The notes: generated by a model from the letters alone, not told the origin. 63,492 nt of DNA, filler included, from Octopus bimaculoides (GCF_001194135.2; 9 parts of 9 records of this genome joined end to end with filler, not necessarily neighbours in it); one strand, 5' to 3'; numbered from the whole stretch's first letter, positions 13,046 to 25,488 are shown. Made by a program: numbers and translations.

Positions 13046-15194
13046 ACAGGCATACATACATATATACATACATCTCACATATATACACGCATACATACAT
13101 ATATACATACATATATACATACATATAGTTAATTTACGCTGCATGCAAAAATACAGGCATACTATATACGGTACGGTATTAAACACACCCACACAAATAT
13201 CTACACATACATATACATACCTGACGACTGATATGCGTAAAGTGCGGGCTGGCCAGTGTCAACACACACACGCACACACATCTACACATACATATACATA
13301 CCTGACGACTTGATTTTTTTATTAACCACACAGGGTCGAAACACAGAGAGGACAGCACAAGGACAGACAAAACCAGCACCACTTCAATTCCACTCAATGT
13401 CAGATTCAACACGAAGAATTGGTCTAATGACAATATACGATCCACAAATATTGTCGAAAATAACTGAACAGCGCTAACAGAGAATACATACAAAATTAGA
13501 CGAACGTAGTCTACTGGTTCTTTCAGATCTGGAGATAAATTAAAATCAATCAATGTTATGCTAGTATGCCAAGAAACAGAAAAAGAATAAAAATGACGAT
13601 ATCTCCAGAACTTGGTCTACAGTTCGGACAGCAATAGCATCCACTAATAGATAAAAATGCAACAATCTTTATCGAGTTGTGAAATATAACATACGATGCA
13701 CTCATTAAAAATTAAATTAACGCAATAAACATTCCTTAATGTAAGACAGAAGTAAAGTACAAATTCCACGCAATAAAAAACATCACATTGTATAGCCTAT
13801 GTTATATGTAATACAGTGATATCACATACCATTAGTTTTCTTCACTATTTCCTCCTTCGAGAGCATTCTATCTGAAAGACAAGCGACTTCATCTCAAGAA
13901 ACTCATCTCTGAATACCGACTGGCACTGTATGCGTTTGATGCCAGTAAAACCATCAATGCCTGAGGAAATATGATCAAAGAAAATTATGGAGTTATTGCC
14001 ATTGTGTTACTCCAATGTGTATCTAGAGAGGTTCTAGCATTAAGGCTGATACATTCTTCTGTCGTATGCTACAGCGTTTCATATTTCTATTACTAGTAAT
14101 TAAATATTGTTAGCATTTAAATTTTGATGATCCAGTATTGCACATTTAATGAAGCATAGGTCTTTTGAAAAAACAAAATGGCAAATGGTTCCAATAGCAT
14201 GTACATTTACAAATATACACACCTGCATATGTAAACATGCCACAAGCACACACAGTGCTTTATAATGCGTATGTGTATATCTGAGTGTGTTTATATAAAT
14301 CAATAAATATATATACATATATACAGGTAAGTGCGCGCACGCAAAGAGAAAAGAGAAAATTGACTAAAAGGGAGAATTGACTGCAATTATATATGCATGT
14401 AGATGTACACATATCTATGTAAAATTGCGCGTATACACACATATTCACGTAGTATGTATATTAATTATTATTTTATGCATTACGTTAGCATCACCTTATA
14501 TAGAATTATATTGATCTTTACATCGGTGGAGAAGATTAAAGCTGAGATACACATGGTGATAAAGAAGAAGAGAGAGAGAGAAGAGGTGGATATATTATGC
14601 GAGGAGACGGAATGTATTTGGCTAACGGTTTTTAGATGATAAATAACATAAGGAAGAAGAGGTAGTGGGATATGAATTGATACATGTTGAACTAAAAGAC
14701 GTAAAAAAGTGTAATATTACCATAGATAGAAAGTCCACTTAATCTAGTTATGTTTTCAAACTGACAGTATTATAATGTTGGTTGTAATTTTCACTTCTCT
14801 TGAGAACTAACAGGTGCATCGCAATTGTTAGAGCCATTTTCTAAGTCTGTACGCACTCTGTTCTCTTTTTAATTTTAGTTATTCGCCATTTTCTTTGCTA
14901 GTTCATTCCACATGAACTATATACGAGATGCTTGTTTAATACTATCTATTTGTGTTGCACGAATTTGGAGTGTATGGGAATCTATCAATCTATCTATCTA
15001 CGCGGTATGTGTGTGTGTGTGTTTTCTTTTCTATCGAGTCTTCGTGTAAATATGAGCATGCACACATGTATATACTGATATATATATATATATANNNNNN
15101 NNNNNNNNNNNNNNNNNNNNNNNNNNNNNNNNNNNNNNTTAATTAATTAANNNNNNNNNNNNNNNNNNNNNNNNNNNNNNNNNNNNNNNNNNNN

Positions 15195-15276
<82 letters not shown>

Positions 15277-16059
15277 ATATATTTGCCAACTAAATGTGCC
15301 GGTCCCAAAGAGGACGATTTTACTGTTGTTTTTAGCCCCAGGAAGACATCTCTTCCAGCTGGCTAACGACACACTGTCTGTGCCGATTGGTATTCGCGAG
15401 AAGAGCTTACCACTCTCATTTCTAGCCTTAAGTGATGCTCACAGACCCCGGGTCTGTGACCCCGGGTCTGTGGTTAGATACTCGTCTTCTGTGTGTGATA
15501 ATCATGAGTTAGTGATGAAAACTCATTCCACCCGCAAAATACTATATGCTTTTTCCAGCGACAAACTGTCGTTGGTTTCGAAAAAGGAGAAATAAGCTAT
15601 CACCTCTCTGAGTGAGAGGTAAACAGTACAGAATCCTAAAATATATTTGCCAACTAAAAGTGGCGGTCCCATAGAGGACGATGTTACTGCTGTTTTTAGG
15701 CCCAGGAAATACTAATCGGACACTGACAATGTGTCGTTAGCCACATTATTATGAGTGGCTACGTCTTCTAGCATACTGTAGATACTTATTTCTTTGACTG
15801 ATGAATCTCGTTATAGAGTCGCATCATATCTCAGCGGTAAGTTATACCGTGATGACATTTTCGGACAAAATGCATCGGTTGTCACTTTTTGGTGTTTTTC
15901 TTGCGGCTCTGTCTCTTTTGGTTGATATTCCCTGTTCCTGGATTGCAAATGCATACCATTCGAAGTGGGTATTAGTGACCCGTTTCTTGGTCAATGATTG
16001 ACTGCTTTGATGATGAATGTTACTATCATCTTGGAGCTTTCTACTAACATAGTCATACA

Positions 16060-16189
16060 TGTTCTTCTGTTGATAAACGCTCAGTTACGCTATATATACG
16101 CCAAATAATGGGGATATAAACGCGCCAGCATCGGTTGCCAAGCGATGGGAGAGGACAAAAACAGGAAAGGACAAAAACAGGCACAGAAA

Positions 16190-16244
<55 letters not shown>

Positions 16245-16306
16245 GATGGGGTTTGAACCCGGAAACATGTAGTTGGAAAGCAAGCTGCTTACAACGCAGC
16301 CACTCC
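16060..16306 (-). mobile_element. Degenerate family-A SINE
   Basis: Reverse complement starts GGAGTGGCTGCGTTGTAAGCAGCTTGC; contains CCAGCATCGGTTGCCAAGCGATG. Confidence 0.65.
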
Positions 16307-17068
16307 ATATATATATATATATATGGAATATTTTCCATTTGGTTGCGCCTGTGGAAAGTTTAAAGCTTAAAGTTTGATGACAAGTGTAAAATTTGGTGTA
16401 TTGATGTAATCTACCATGCTGAATCTCAGGGGCTTATTCACTTTTTCCAGAAAAAGTTGTTTAAAAAATGTTACAGAGGTTTAAATTTTGATAACTCATA
16501 CCCAGGCAGAAAGCAAGATTTGGAAGCTGTCATTTTGTGCGTGACTCCACGTTTTATCAACTGTAAACTAGTGAAATATTGGGAATACTTCATTACGCAC
16601 GCTGTATATCCCCGTATTCTGTATTTCGGGGAATTTTCAGAAAATTTCTGCGAATTTGTATTCTACACAGGGGAATTCTCACGATTATGCAAATCCAACT
16701 CACCAAAACATGATGCGTGAATTAAGCCCTATTTAGCTATTATTTTTTTTTAGCTCACCTCGCGACGACTTTATATCTCAAGTGTTTAGTAAGCGGAAAA
16801 TGAACACGTGAGTAAATAGCTTGGCAATAGCTTGGCTTGTTACTATGGAAACAGGCAACTGTGGCTTTCGATTGGCTAAAATGACCCAAAAGTTGCCAAC
16901 TTGAAAAGCCATTAACTTTTTATTTATTTATTTATTTATGGTGAAAATGAATTTCATGTCAATGATTACCATAGAAAACTATACTAAAACACCAAATATG
17001 AAATCAGTTGGAACAAAAATTGAAGAAATTGAAAAGTGGCAGCCAAACTGAAAGGATCTTATGTATTT

Positions 17069-17136
<68 letters not shown>

Positions 17137-18351
17137 GCACGCACACACACACACACATACACACACAGACACACACCACATATGTGTGTGTGTGTGTGTG
17201 TAGATATATACGTGTAAGTATATATGAAAAAAGAACGTTATATTTCGCTTGTATAGCCGAAAGAGCAATGACACCGTTTAGTCTGGTGATTTTCATAGCA
17301 ACAGCAGTGCTCCAAAAGATAGAGATCACAGTGAGGGCTACGGAGGAGGGATGGCTGTAGGTTGACAGCAGTGCTAGTGATAGAGACTGTCTAGATCGCT
17401 GCTGTTTGTGATGGTGGTAAATTTCATGGTAGTGGTCGGTGGTGGTGTTGGTGTTACATGGCCTTGTAGTAGTCTGGAAGAAGGCAGTCATTGGCGGCAG
17501 TAACTATCCTCGTCGTGACAAGCAAAGGCAGTGGTGACGGCGAACAACGGTGCTAGTAGGCGCCAGTATCAATCACCGTCGTAGTGGTGACGATGTTGGT
17601 CGTGGAAGTGGCGATGTCGTGGACGATTGAATTGATAAAGTTTGCTTCTTCAACTCTGTTCGACTATTGATCTTCTACTTAAACAGGTAGATCAGCAGGT
17701 ATTCTCGATACAGAGATTTCCTATATATCAGGACAGTGTGTGTAAGTGTGTGCATGCACATGTTTATGTATGTATGTGTGTGTGTGTTTATTTGAGTGCT
17801 GGTTGTGATTGCTAGAATCGTATTGCATGTGTATATATGCGTGTTTTTTCTTGGAATGTGTCTAGGCTAGTGTTCGAGTGTGGGGATATTGTGTTTGTGC
17901 GTGTGTGTCTGTGTGTGCGTTTACACATATATGTGTGTTTGTTGTGGATGTGTACCTGTGGGGTAGGGTATTGTATTTTTGTTTCGGCATTCCAAGTATA
18001 TTTTTTAAATGTTAGAGTATGTTGAGTTGTGGTCTTTATTTCTGTATAAGGCTATTATCTGTCTTGTGGTGGGTTCCCTCAATTGTTGGCGGTCGACTGT
18101 CATCCTATCTCTGACGGCAAGACTAGTCTGCCCTGTGTAGTCTTTGTGACACCCTTCACACCTAATAGCATAAAGTAAATTCTTTGATGTGCATGTGAAG
18201 TTATTTTTTACGACAAATGTGTGTCCTGATTAGAATTTATATATTGTTCCTTCAATGAGGTGGATGCAGGTCCCGCAGTTAGAGCGACCTCATTTTTTGA
18301 CGATAGGTGTTGGGCTTTATTTGCATTAGTGAATAAATGTTTTAAGGATTC

Positions 18352-18553
18352 GTGAGTAAGTTTTAGGTATTGGTGAGAAAGTTTTTTAGGAATGAGAACC
18401 CAGGTTCGAAATTTCCCCAAAAAACCTGATGAAGGCTGGAGGGTATATCAGCCGAAACATTGTGTTAACAACAAATAAGATGAGGACAAATATCCGTCAA
18501 ATGTAAAGAATGTAAATAACGTACATGATTCCTCATCTCTTAAATACAGAACT
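18352..18553 (+). mobile_element. About 200-bp HHR-bearing mini-element inserted antisense into the PLE ORF
   Basis: Interrupts the minus-strand PLE frame between ..KGQP and ESLKHL..; carries a hammerhead core on the plus strand. Confidence 0.65.
18424..18463 (+). ncRNA. Minimal type I hammerhead ribozyme motif (probably mutated)
   Basis: AC-CTGATGA-A-GGCTG(gagggtatat)CAGCC-GAAAC-ATT-GT; 5-bp stem II; stem III reads AACATT where a palindromic AACGTT would be expected. Confidence 0.7.
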
Positions 18554-18778
18554 GGGTTGTCCCTTGCTTTTTATTATTTTATGGGATTCGAGTGCATTTT
18601 TTAAACGTGGGATGTTCTTGTATATAATCGCGTAAGCTTCTGCATTTCTTAGATTGTGTGTTGAGAGATACTTAATGTACCTTGTGTGTGTTTCGGTTTT
18701 CGTAAGTCTTGGATATCGATTGTTTTGTCCCGTTCTATTCCATTATCAACCAAGGCATCCCATTACCAAATGGCCAGA

Positions 18779-19065
18779 TATGAAAATCATTGAAAAAAGG
18801 AGAGAGTTATAAGTATCTAGGAGTATTAGAATCTGACTGAAAACTAACTACAGAAATGAAAACGAAAATTGAGGAGTACATCAGAAGGATGAAGAAGCTA
18901 ATAAAGTCAAAGCTAAATGGTCCGAATCTAGTGAAAGCTGTAAAGGCTTGGGCAGAATCATTACAGACAAAAACTGAATTAGCAAAGCTAGAAAGAACTA
19001 GTAAGGAATTCAATATGAATGGAGGACTCTACCCAAGTGTAGGAGTAGCAAGATTATACATATAC
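18779..19065 (+). pseudogene. R4/Dong-clade non-LTR retrotransposon RT fragment
   Basis: KSLKKGESYKYLGVLESD*..EMKTKIEEYIRRMKKLIKSKLNGPNLVKAVKAWA..GGLYPSVGVARLYI matches the R4-type YKYLG..K.KLNG.N..A.N.WA..H..DV.RLY pattern. Confidence 0.75.
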
Positions 19066-19962
19066 AATATAGAGTAGAGAAAATTGAAAACGCAAAGATT
19101 AGGCAGTCAAACAGATTCCCAAACGCACATATGAAATCATTCAACCAAAATAGTTGAGGCATATATATTTATACACTTCAGCATGAATCATGCATGTACA
19201 GGCATAAAGATTCTCCAACAGCATAAAGAATATAAAATCAAACATACAGAAAGATGTTGAAGATATATAAAGATATAAAAATACATATAAAATTACACAT
19301 AAATAAAAATTCCATGTAAGGAGTTATGCATGATAAATGTGGAACGTGCAAAAGAAATAACAGGTTGATAAATATAGGAGTAAGAACGTGTTACAGATGT
19401 TCACGGTCAAACAAGTGAGGTTTAAATTTCAAGGTTAAAGATACAGAAATAAAAAGGATCCAAACTTGTAGGCTCTCTATGAGCACTCCGTAAACAGCCC
19501 ATATATTTAGAAATATATTTAAAACATATTATATACATACATACATACATACATATATATATATATATANNNNNNNNNNNNNNNNNNNNNNNNNNNNNNN
19601 NNNNNNNNNNNNNNNNNNNNNNNNNNNNNNNNNNNNNNNNNNNNNNNNNNNNNNNNNNNNNNNNNNNNNNNNNNNNNNNNNNNNNNNNNNNNNNNNNNNN
19701 NNNNNNNNNNNNNNNNNNNNNNNNNNNNNNNNNNNNNNNNNNNNNNNNNNNNNNNNNNNNNNNNNNNNNNNNNNNNNNNNNNNNNNNNNNNNNNNNNNNN
19801 NNNNNNNNNNNNNNNNNNNNNNNNNNNNNNNNNNNNNNNNNNNNNNNNNNNNNNNNNNNNNNNNNNNNNNNNNNNNNNNNNNNNNNNNNNNNNNNNNNNN
19901 NNNNNNNNNNNNNNNNNNNNNNNNNNNNNNNNNNNNNNNNNNNNNNNNNNNNNNNNNNNNNN

Positions 19963-19995
<33 letters not shown>

Positions 19996-20410
19996 TATGT
20001 ATGTATTTATGTATGTATAGGCACATACGCACTCAGACACACACACACATACATACATACATATATAAGCTAGTCTTGAACTCAATAAATATGCTTCAGA
20101 ACGAAGCGTTAGTCGAGTGTACAGGGGTAATAAGAAAATAAGACGACAAAGGAATAAACAGTTATATTATGACCTACATTAGCTCACTGCTATTTCTATC
20201 TCACAGTTGAGTGCTTGAGTAACAACTTCTGATGATTCCATTGCATCTTATAGGAGAAACGGCTGTAAGCTAATGCAGTGCATGAGATAACTGTTTATTC
20301 TTTTTGTCATCTCTCTTATGAACCTTCTATACTCAGCCACAATACTTCTTTCTGAAACATACGTATATTGTATTGAGTTCTACGCCCGGTTATTGGTCTC
20401 GTAATAACTA

Positions 20411-20475
<65 letters not shown>

Positions 20476-20576
20476 NNNNNNNNNNNNNNNNNNNNNNNNN
20501 NNNNNNNNNNNNNNNNNNNTTAATTAATTAANNNNNNNNNNNNNNNNNNNNNNNNNNNNNNNNNNNNNNNNNNNNG

Positions 20577-20719
20577 CATTAGGAAGGGCATCCAGCTGTA
20601 GAAACTCTGCCAAATCAGATTGGAGCCTGGTGTAGCCATCCGGTTTCACCAGTCCTCAGTCAAATCGTCCAACCCATGCTAGCATGGAAAGCGGACGTTA
20701 AAGGATGATGGTGATGATG

Positions 20720-20720
<1 letters not shown>
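20577..20720 (+). mobile_element. Family-C SINE/LINE tail (RTE/Expander-like 3' end)
   Basis: AGGAAGGGCATCCAGCTGTAGAAAC...GCATGGAAAGCGGACGTTAAA followed by a (GAT)n tail; inverse copies at 24925-25450. Confidence 0.75.
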
Positions 20721-20758
<38 letters not shown>

Positions 20759-20760
20759 TT

Positions 20761-20791
<31 letters not shown>

Positions 20792-20919
20792 GATATATGG
20801 AATCAGTAGTTCTTTGACTGCTATTTCTAAATTTTCAGTATGTTGGTGAAGCAACAAGGCTATCCAAAGTTAATGCAGTACGATCGTTTCATTCGACTCC
20901 ATTTATTTAAGCAATGTGA

Positions 20920-22307
20920 ACACTAAATGAAAAACTATCCTACATACCTGATATTTTAAGTAATAAGAATAATAATAGAATATATTTTGATAGGAGACTA
21001 CATACTAATACTAGCAAAAAACCTAGGTTAGATAAAAGAAATGGCTATGTAAATGATATGGTTACTCTACAAAATAATAGGGATTCCACAAAAAAGATAT
21101 GCAAAACTATAAATCATAATATTGTCCTAAAGAATAATGGTAATCAAAATGTATCCTGTACTCACTCACACAATAAATTTAAAAGTAAAACTCCTGTCTG
21201 GTTCAATACCCCATTCAACTGTGCAGTATCCACTAATATATACAAAAAATTTATAGCTATTTTACAAAACAATTTTCCTTCTTCCCACAGATATAGTAGA
21301 ATCTTTTCATGTAATACAGTCCGAATCTCATACTCAACCCTCCCTAATATAGGTACAATCATAGCTAGGTTAAATAGAAAGAACATAAAATTAGCCAGAA
21401 TTGTTGAAAATAAAAATGATGGTAATAGTTATAGAAATATCAATAATAATTTCATCAATATCAATAATAGCATTACCAATAATTATAGAAATTGAAGTGG
21501 AAATAACAATGACAATAACAATTATGAAGGTTATAACAGCAATATCCTTAGTTCCATAAACCATAACTTAAACCAACATAATGAATATAGTGGTATTGAT
21601 GATGGAAGTACAATTGGAATGAATAGTAGTGGCACCTCTAATGATAATAATGTGAATTATGGGTCTAGTTCATATATGGAAATAGAAAATATTAGTATGC
21701 CTGATGCTGCGGGAATGATTCTATCTGATAGCACGATGGAAATGGAGTTAGATAGAAATAGAAGTGATCATAATAAGCCTGATAATAGAACTAATAATAG
21801 TGGAAATAATATCAATGCAAATAATTGTAACAACAATAATTTAAATCTTAGTAATAATATTGGTGTTGTTGATGGTCCCACTAGTTGCAATTGTAAAAAT
21901 AAGCCCTGTTGTCCGTTATTAGGCTGATGTCTCACCAGAAACGTAGTATATAAATGCAGAATAAGTACTATAACTGATAATTATATTTACTTGGTATGTA
22001 CGATTAATTTGAAACAGCGTATATATAACCACCTGTCATCTTTTAGACTTAAACATAATGCTAATTGTATGTCGTTATCAAATAAAATTTGGGAATTAAA
22101 GGAAAGTCCAGTTTTAGCCTTAAATGGGAAATTATAAGAAAAGCTCAACCTTATAGAAATAGCAGATATGGATGTGAATTATGTTCCATTGAAACAATTG
22201 AAATTTTTAAACTCAGAAACAATACTAACCTGATTAATAACAGATTAGACCTTAGAGTATTGTGTGCACACTGTTCCACTCGCACTTTTAAATATTTTAA
22301 AAAGTAG
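20920..22307 (+). pseudogene. PLE ORF remnant: RT thumb end, Asn-rich linker, CxCx5C motif, GIY-YIG endonuclease
   Basis: LNEKLSYIPD..PVWFNTPFN..STNIYKKF..FPSSHRYSRIFSCNTVRISYSTLPN..SCNCKNKPCCPLLG*CLTRNVVYKC..RIYNHLSSFR..LSNKIWELK / KWEIIRKAQPY..CELCSIE..LINNRLDL..CAH; two TGA codons and one frameshift near 22100. Confidence 0.9.
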
Positions 22308-23609
22308 CAGACTTATATAGTGTGGTATTTTAACATCTACCATGTTTATCTTAGGCTATAATTAGTACATATTTAAATTGAAATTAAACTTTTATAGCAT
22401 ATTTTTGATCTCTCACCTTAATGTCTAATCTTCCTGTGAAAACTAAAATTTCAACTCTATCCATGGATGGTATATGGTTTTACCTAAAAATTTTTCATAT
22501 CACTTTTGCTATTGCTGTTAGTTTAGTATGTATCTCACTTAACTTTAACGAATAAGATGTTTTGAAATTTCTTAATAGATTTTAATAGTTTTTAAACCTT
22601 TTTAAACCATTGTTGTAGTATTGTCATTGTTATTTTATGGGTGACTTAAATAAATCTAATCCTTGTTCCGTTATTATTTTGTACTTAGCCCATGTTAGTT
22701 AACACAAGTTCCTGATAATTTAAGATAGTGCAATCTAATTAAATTAGTACATAATTATCATGTTCTCTATTAATAGTTTAGTTCACTATTATATTCTATG
22801 TTAATTCCAATCATTCATTCTATCAGTTTCTTAAACCTTGATAAGTCCATCATCATAAACCATGTAAATCCTATGTATCAATTCTTTACATTTGTTATAT
22901 GATAAATTTTATCTCTTATGTGTCCTTTAAATGATATTAGATATATAAGTTTAATTTAAAAATTTTAGTCCAATATATATAGAAAAATAAAAATTCACAT
23001 CTTATCTATGGATCCTTTATATTGGTGTAAATAAGTCTAAATGTACCTTACCATAGCATTTTAAATTAATACCACTTCATGGTTTTTGCATACTGCATTA
23101 ATTGATTATTTACATTACTATACACTATTTCTTTTTATTTCATTATTAATTTATAATTAGCTTTTATTTATTCACATATTAATTAAGCATATATTGGTAT
23201 CTCAAGTATTTCAAACTTAGTATATGTAAAACAATACTTAGACATTATTCTGATTAATGAAAACAATGAATAACCATTTACTGTATCTGTACACAATATA
23301 ATAACTTTATTTTATATACTTTTGACCTAGGTGCCTTATGTTAAAACTTTCCCTGCTCCATTATAAACTGGTCTGCTAGTACAGAAACCCCCGCCTACAG
23401 TAGTTTGTCACTAAACCCAAAGAAATTTTATAACTATATCATCCATGTTTACTGTCTATACTGTTTACCTCTTTCCCTTTCCCTACAAAGAAAATGCTAG
23501 TGCCCTCTTAAGCTTCGAATCACTAGGTTTGATAAGATGATCCATAAATCAGAAACAAAAAAAAAAAACAAAAAAAATCTGTGACAGTTAAAATTCTGCT
23601 TAGAATTAA

Positions 23610-23945
23610 TTACTAGCCTGTGTGGTCTGGCTAAGTCAAAATGGTTTTTTGTATTCTTCCTTTCTACATGGAGAGTTTAAATGTAGTCATAAAAATATGT
23701 CCTTCTGTTGAAATGAAATTTCAGTAAATTTCTATATCTTTGTGCAACTGAGGATTGCTCTGCATTTTATATTTGATGTAATGTTCACATTGCTTAAATA
23801 AATGGAGTCGCATGAAACGATCGCACTGCATTAACCTTGAATATCCTTGTTGCTTATTTTGATTTTAATCACCTTATTTTGAAATTGTATGGATAATACC
23901 ATACTTAATTCTGATGCCAAAACTTAAGTACCACATTCACCTTGA
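23610..23945 (+). repeat. pLTR copy 1 with a mutated hammerhead (GCA in place of GTA at the cleavage triplet)
   Basis: Close match to 29304-29643 throughout; CTGAGGA-TTGC...GCAT-GAAAC-GATC-GCA-CTGCA. Confidence 0.8.
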
Positions 23946-23948
23946 ATC

Positions 23949-23979
<31 letters not shown>

Positions 23980-24363
23980 TCTTTTCCTCTTTTACTTGTT
24001 TCAGTCATTTGACTGTGGTCATGCTGGAGCACCGCCTTTAGTCGAGAAAATCGACACCAGGACTTATTCCTTGGAAGCCCAGTACTTATTCTATCGGTCT
24101 CTTTTGCCGAACCGCTAAGTGACGGGAACCGAAACACACCAGCATCGGTTGTTAGGCAGACAAACACAGACACACAAACATACACACGCACGTACATATA
24201 TACATACATATATAAGACGGGCTTCTTCCAGTTTCTGTCTACCAAATCCACTCACAAGGCTTTGGTTGGCCCAAGGCTATAGTATAAGACACTTGCCCAA
24301 GGTGCCACGCAGTGGGACTGAACCTGAAACCATGTCGTTCATAAGCAAACTACTTACCACACC
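23980..24363 (-). mobile_element. Near full-length family-A SINE
   Basis: Reverse complement has head, microsatellite linker and tail. Confidence 0.85.
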
Positions 24364-24924
24364 TATATATATATATATATATATAGATAGATAGAAAGGA
24401 CCACAAAAGAAAGAGACCTCGATATTATGCAAAAAGAGGAATTTATCTGTAAAAATATGTAACAAATATTCGGTAGCCATGATAAAACTCCGAGTCTTGG
24501 ATGTCGGGGTGGGAACCCATGACGCCATCTCTTCAGTTATCCAGCCATTGAAAATTCCTGAGCACTTGGAGTTTTATCATGGCTACTGAATAACTGTCAC
24601 ATATTTTTACATATATATATATATANNNNNNNNNNATATACAATTAGATGAACTGAGGTAGGAATAAAGGTAATAAAAGTCATTATTGTGAGTTGTTAAA
24701 GAGATTTAAAAGCTTACCGGTTTCGTAATATTACTAGTCATTGCTCTGAGTGCACACTGAATTCTGAACTGTGTCAAGTCTATTAGTCCCTTAGTAAAAA
24801 GATTATGTGTAAGGGAGGTAAGTAGTTCTGGATTTGGTGCAATTAGGGTAGATCTGGATTTGTAATGTGAATGGTGTATGGGATGTATGGGGGTTAGTGA
24901 TATTAAATGGAAGATTAGTTCGTT

Positions 24925-25450
24925 CATCGTTTAACGTCCGCTTTCTATGCTAGCATGGGTTGGACGATTTGACTGAGGACTGGTGAACCAGATGGCTTCA
25001 CCAGGCTCCAATCTGATTTGGCAGAGTTTCTACAGCTGGATGCCCTTTCTAACACCAACCACTCAGATAGTGTAGTGGGTGCTTTTACATATCACCAGCA
25101 CGAAAGCCAGTCAGGTGGTACTGGCAACGGCCATGCTCGAAATGGTGTATTTTACGTGCCACCTGCATAGGAGCCAGTCCAGCGGGACTGTCAACGTACT
25201 TGCTCGAATGTCTTTTCACATATATATATATATCACGATCGTTTAACGCCCACTTTCCATGGTAGCATTGGTTGGACGATTTGACTGAGGACTGGCGAAC
25301 CAGATGGCTGCACCAGGCTCCAATCTGATTTGGCAGAGCCTCCTCAGCTGGATGCCCCTCCCTACGCCAACCACTTCGAGTGTGTAATGGGTGCCCCCAC
25401 GTGCCACCGGCATGAGGGCCAGTCTTGCGGCACTGGCAACAGCCACGCTC
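24925..25450 (-). mobile_element. Two tandem family-C copies
   Basis: CGTTTAACG(T/C)CC..CTTT..GCATGGGTTGGACGATTTGACTGAGGACTGG occurs twice, the reverse complement of 20577-20720. Confidence 0.8.
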
Positions 25451-25488
25451 TCTGTATATGTGTGTATATATGTTTATATATATATGTA

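Larger units (their letters stand above)
18015..18770 (-). mobile_element. Penelope-like element (Neptune-type) 3' fragment: RT thumb end, Zn-knuckle linker, GIY-YIG endonuclease
   Basis: Manual translation: YLSTHNLRNAEAYAIIYKNIP..IIKSKGQP / ESLKHLFTNA / VKK*GRSNCGTCIHLIEG..F*SG..F.VKNNFTCTSKNLLYAIRCEGCHKDYTGQTSLAVRDRMTVDRQQLREPTTRQI / LIQK*RPQLN; contains stops and frameshifts. Confidence 0.85.
20849..23945 (+). mobile_element. 5'-truncated Penelope-like element with an inverted pLTR fragment at its 5' end and a pLTR at its 3' end
   Basis: 20849-20922 is the reverse complement of part of the 23610-23945 repeat; the ORF remnant lies between; long AT-rich 3' region 22308-23600. Confidence 0.8.

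Noticed and set aside
17270-17640. GC-richer stretch as a coding exon
   Set aside because: Reads as decayed GGT/AGT-type simple repeats with no recognisable protein motif.
18290-18292. TGA at the first Cys of the Neptune-type Zn knuckle (possible selenocysteine)
   Set aside because: The same frame has a TAA shortly downstream, and the copy has frameshifts and a deletion; a single TGT-to-TGA change is sufficient.
23528-23566. TTGATAA..GAAAC as a hammerhead
   Set aside because: Two core mismatches and no convincing stems; the real HHR lies further into the pLTR.
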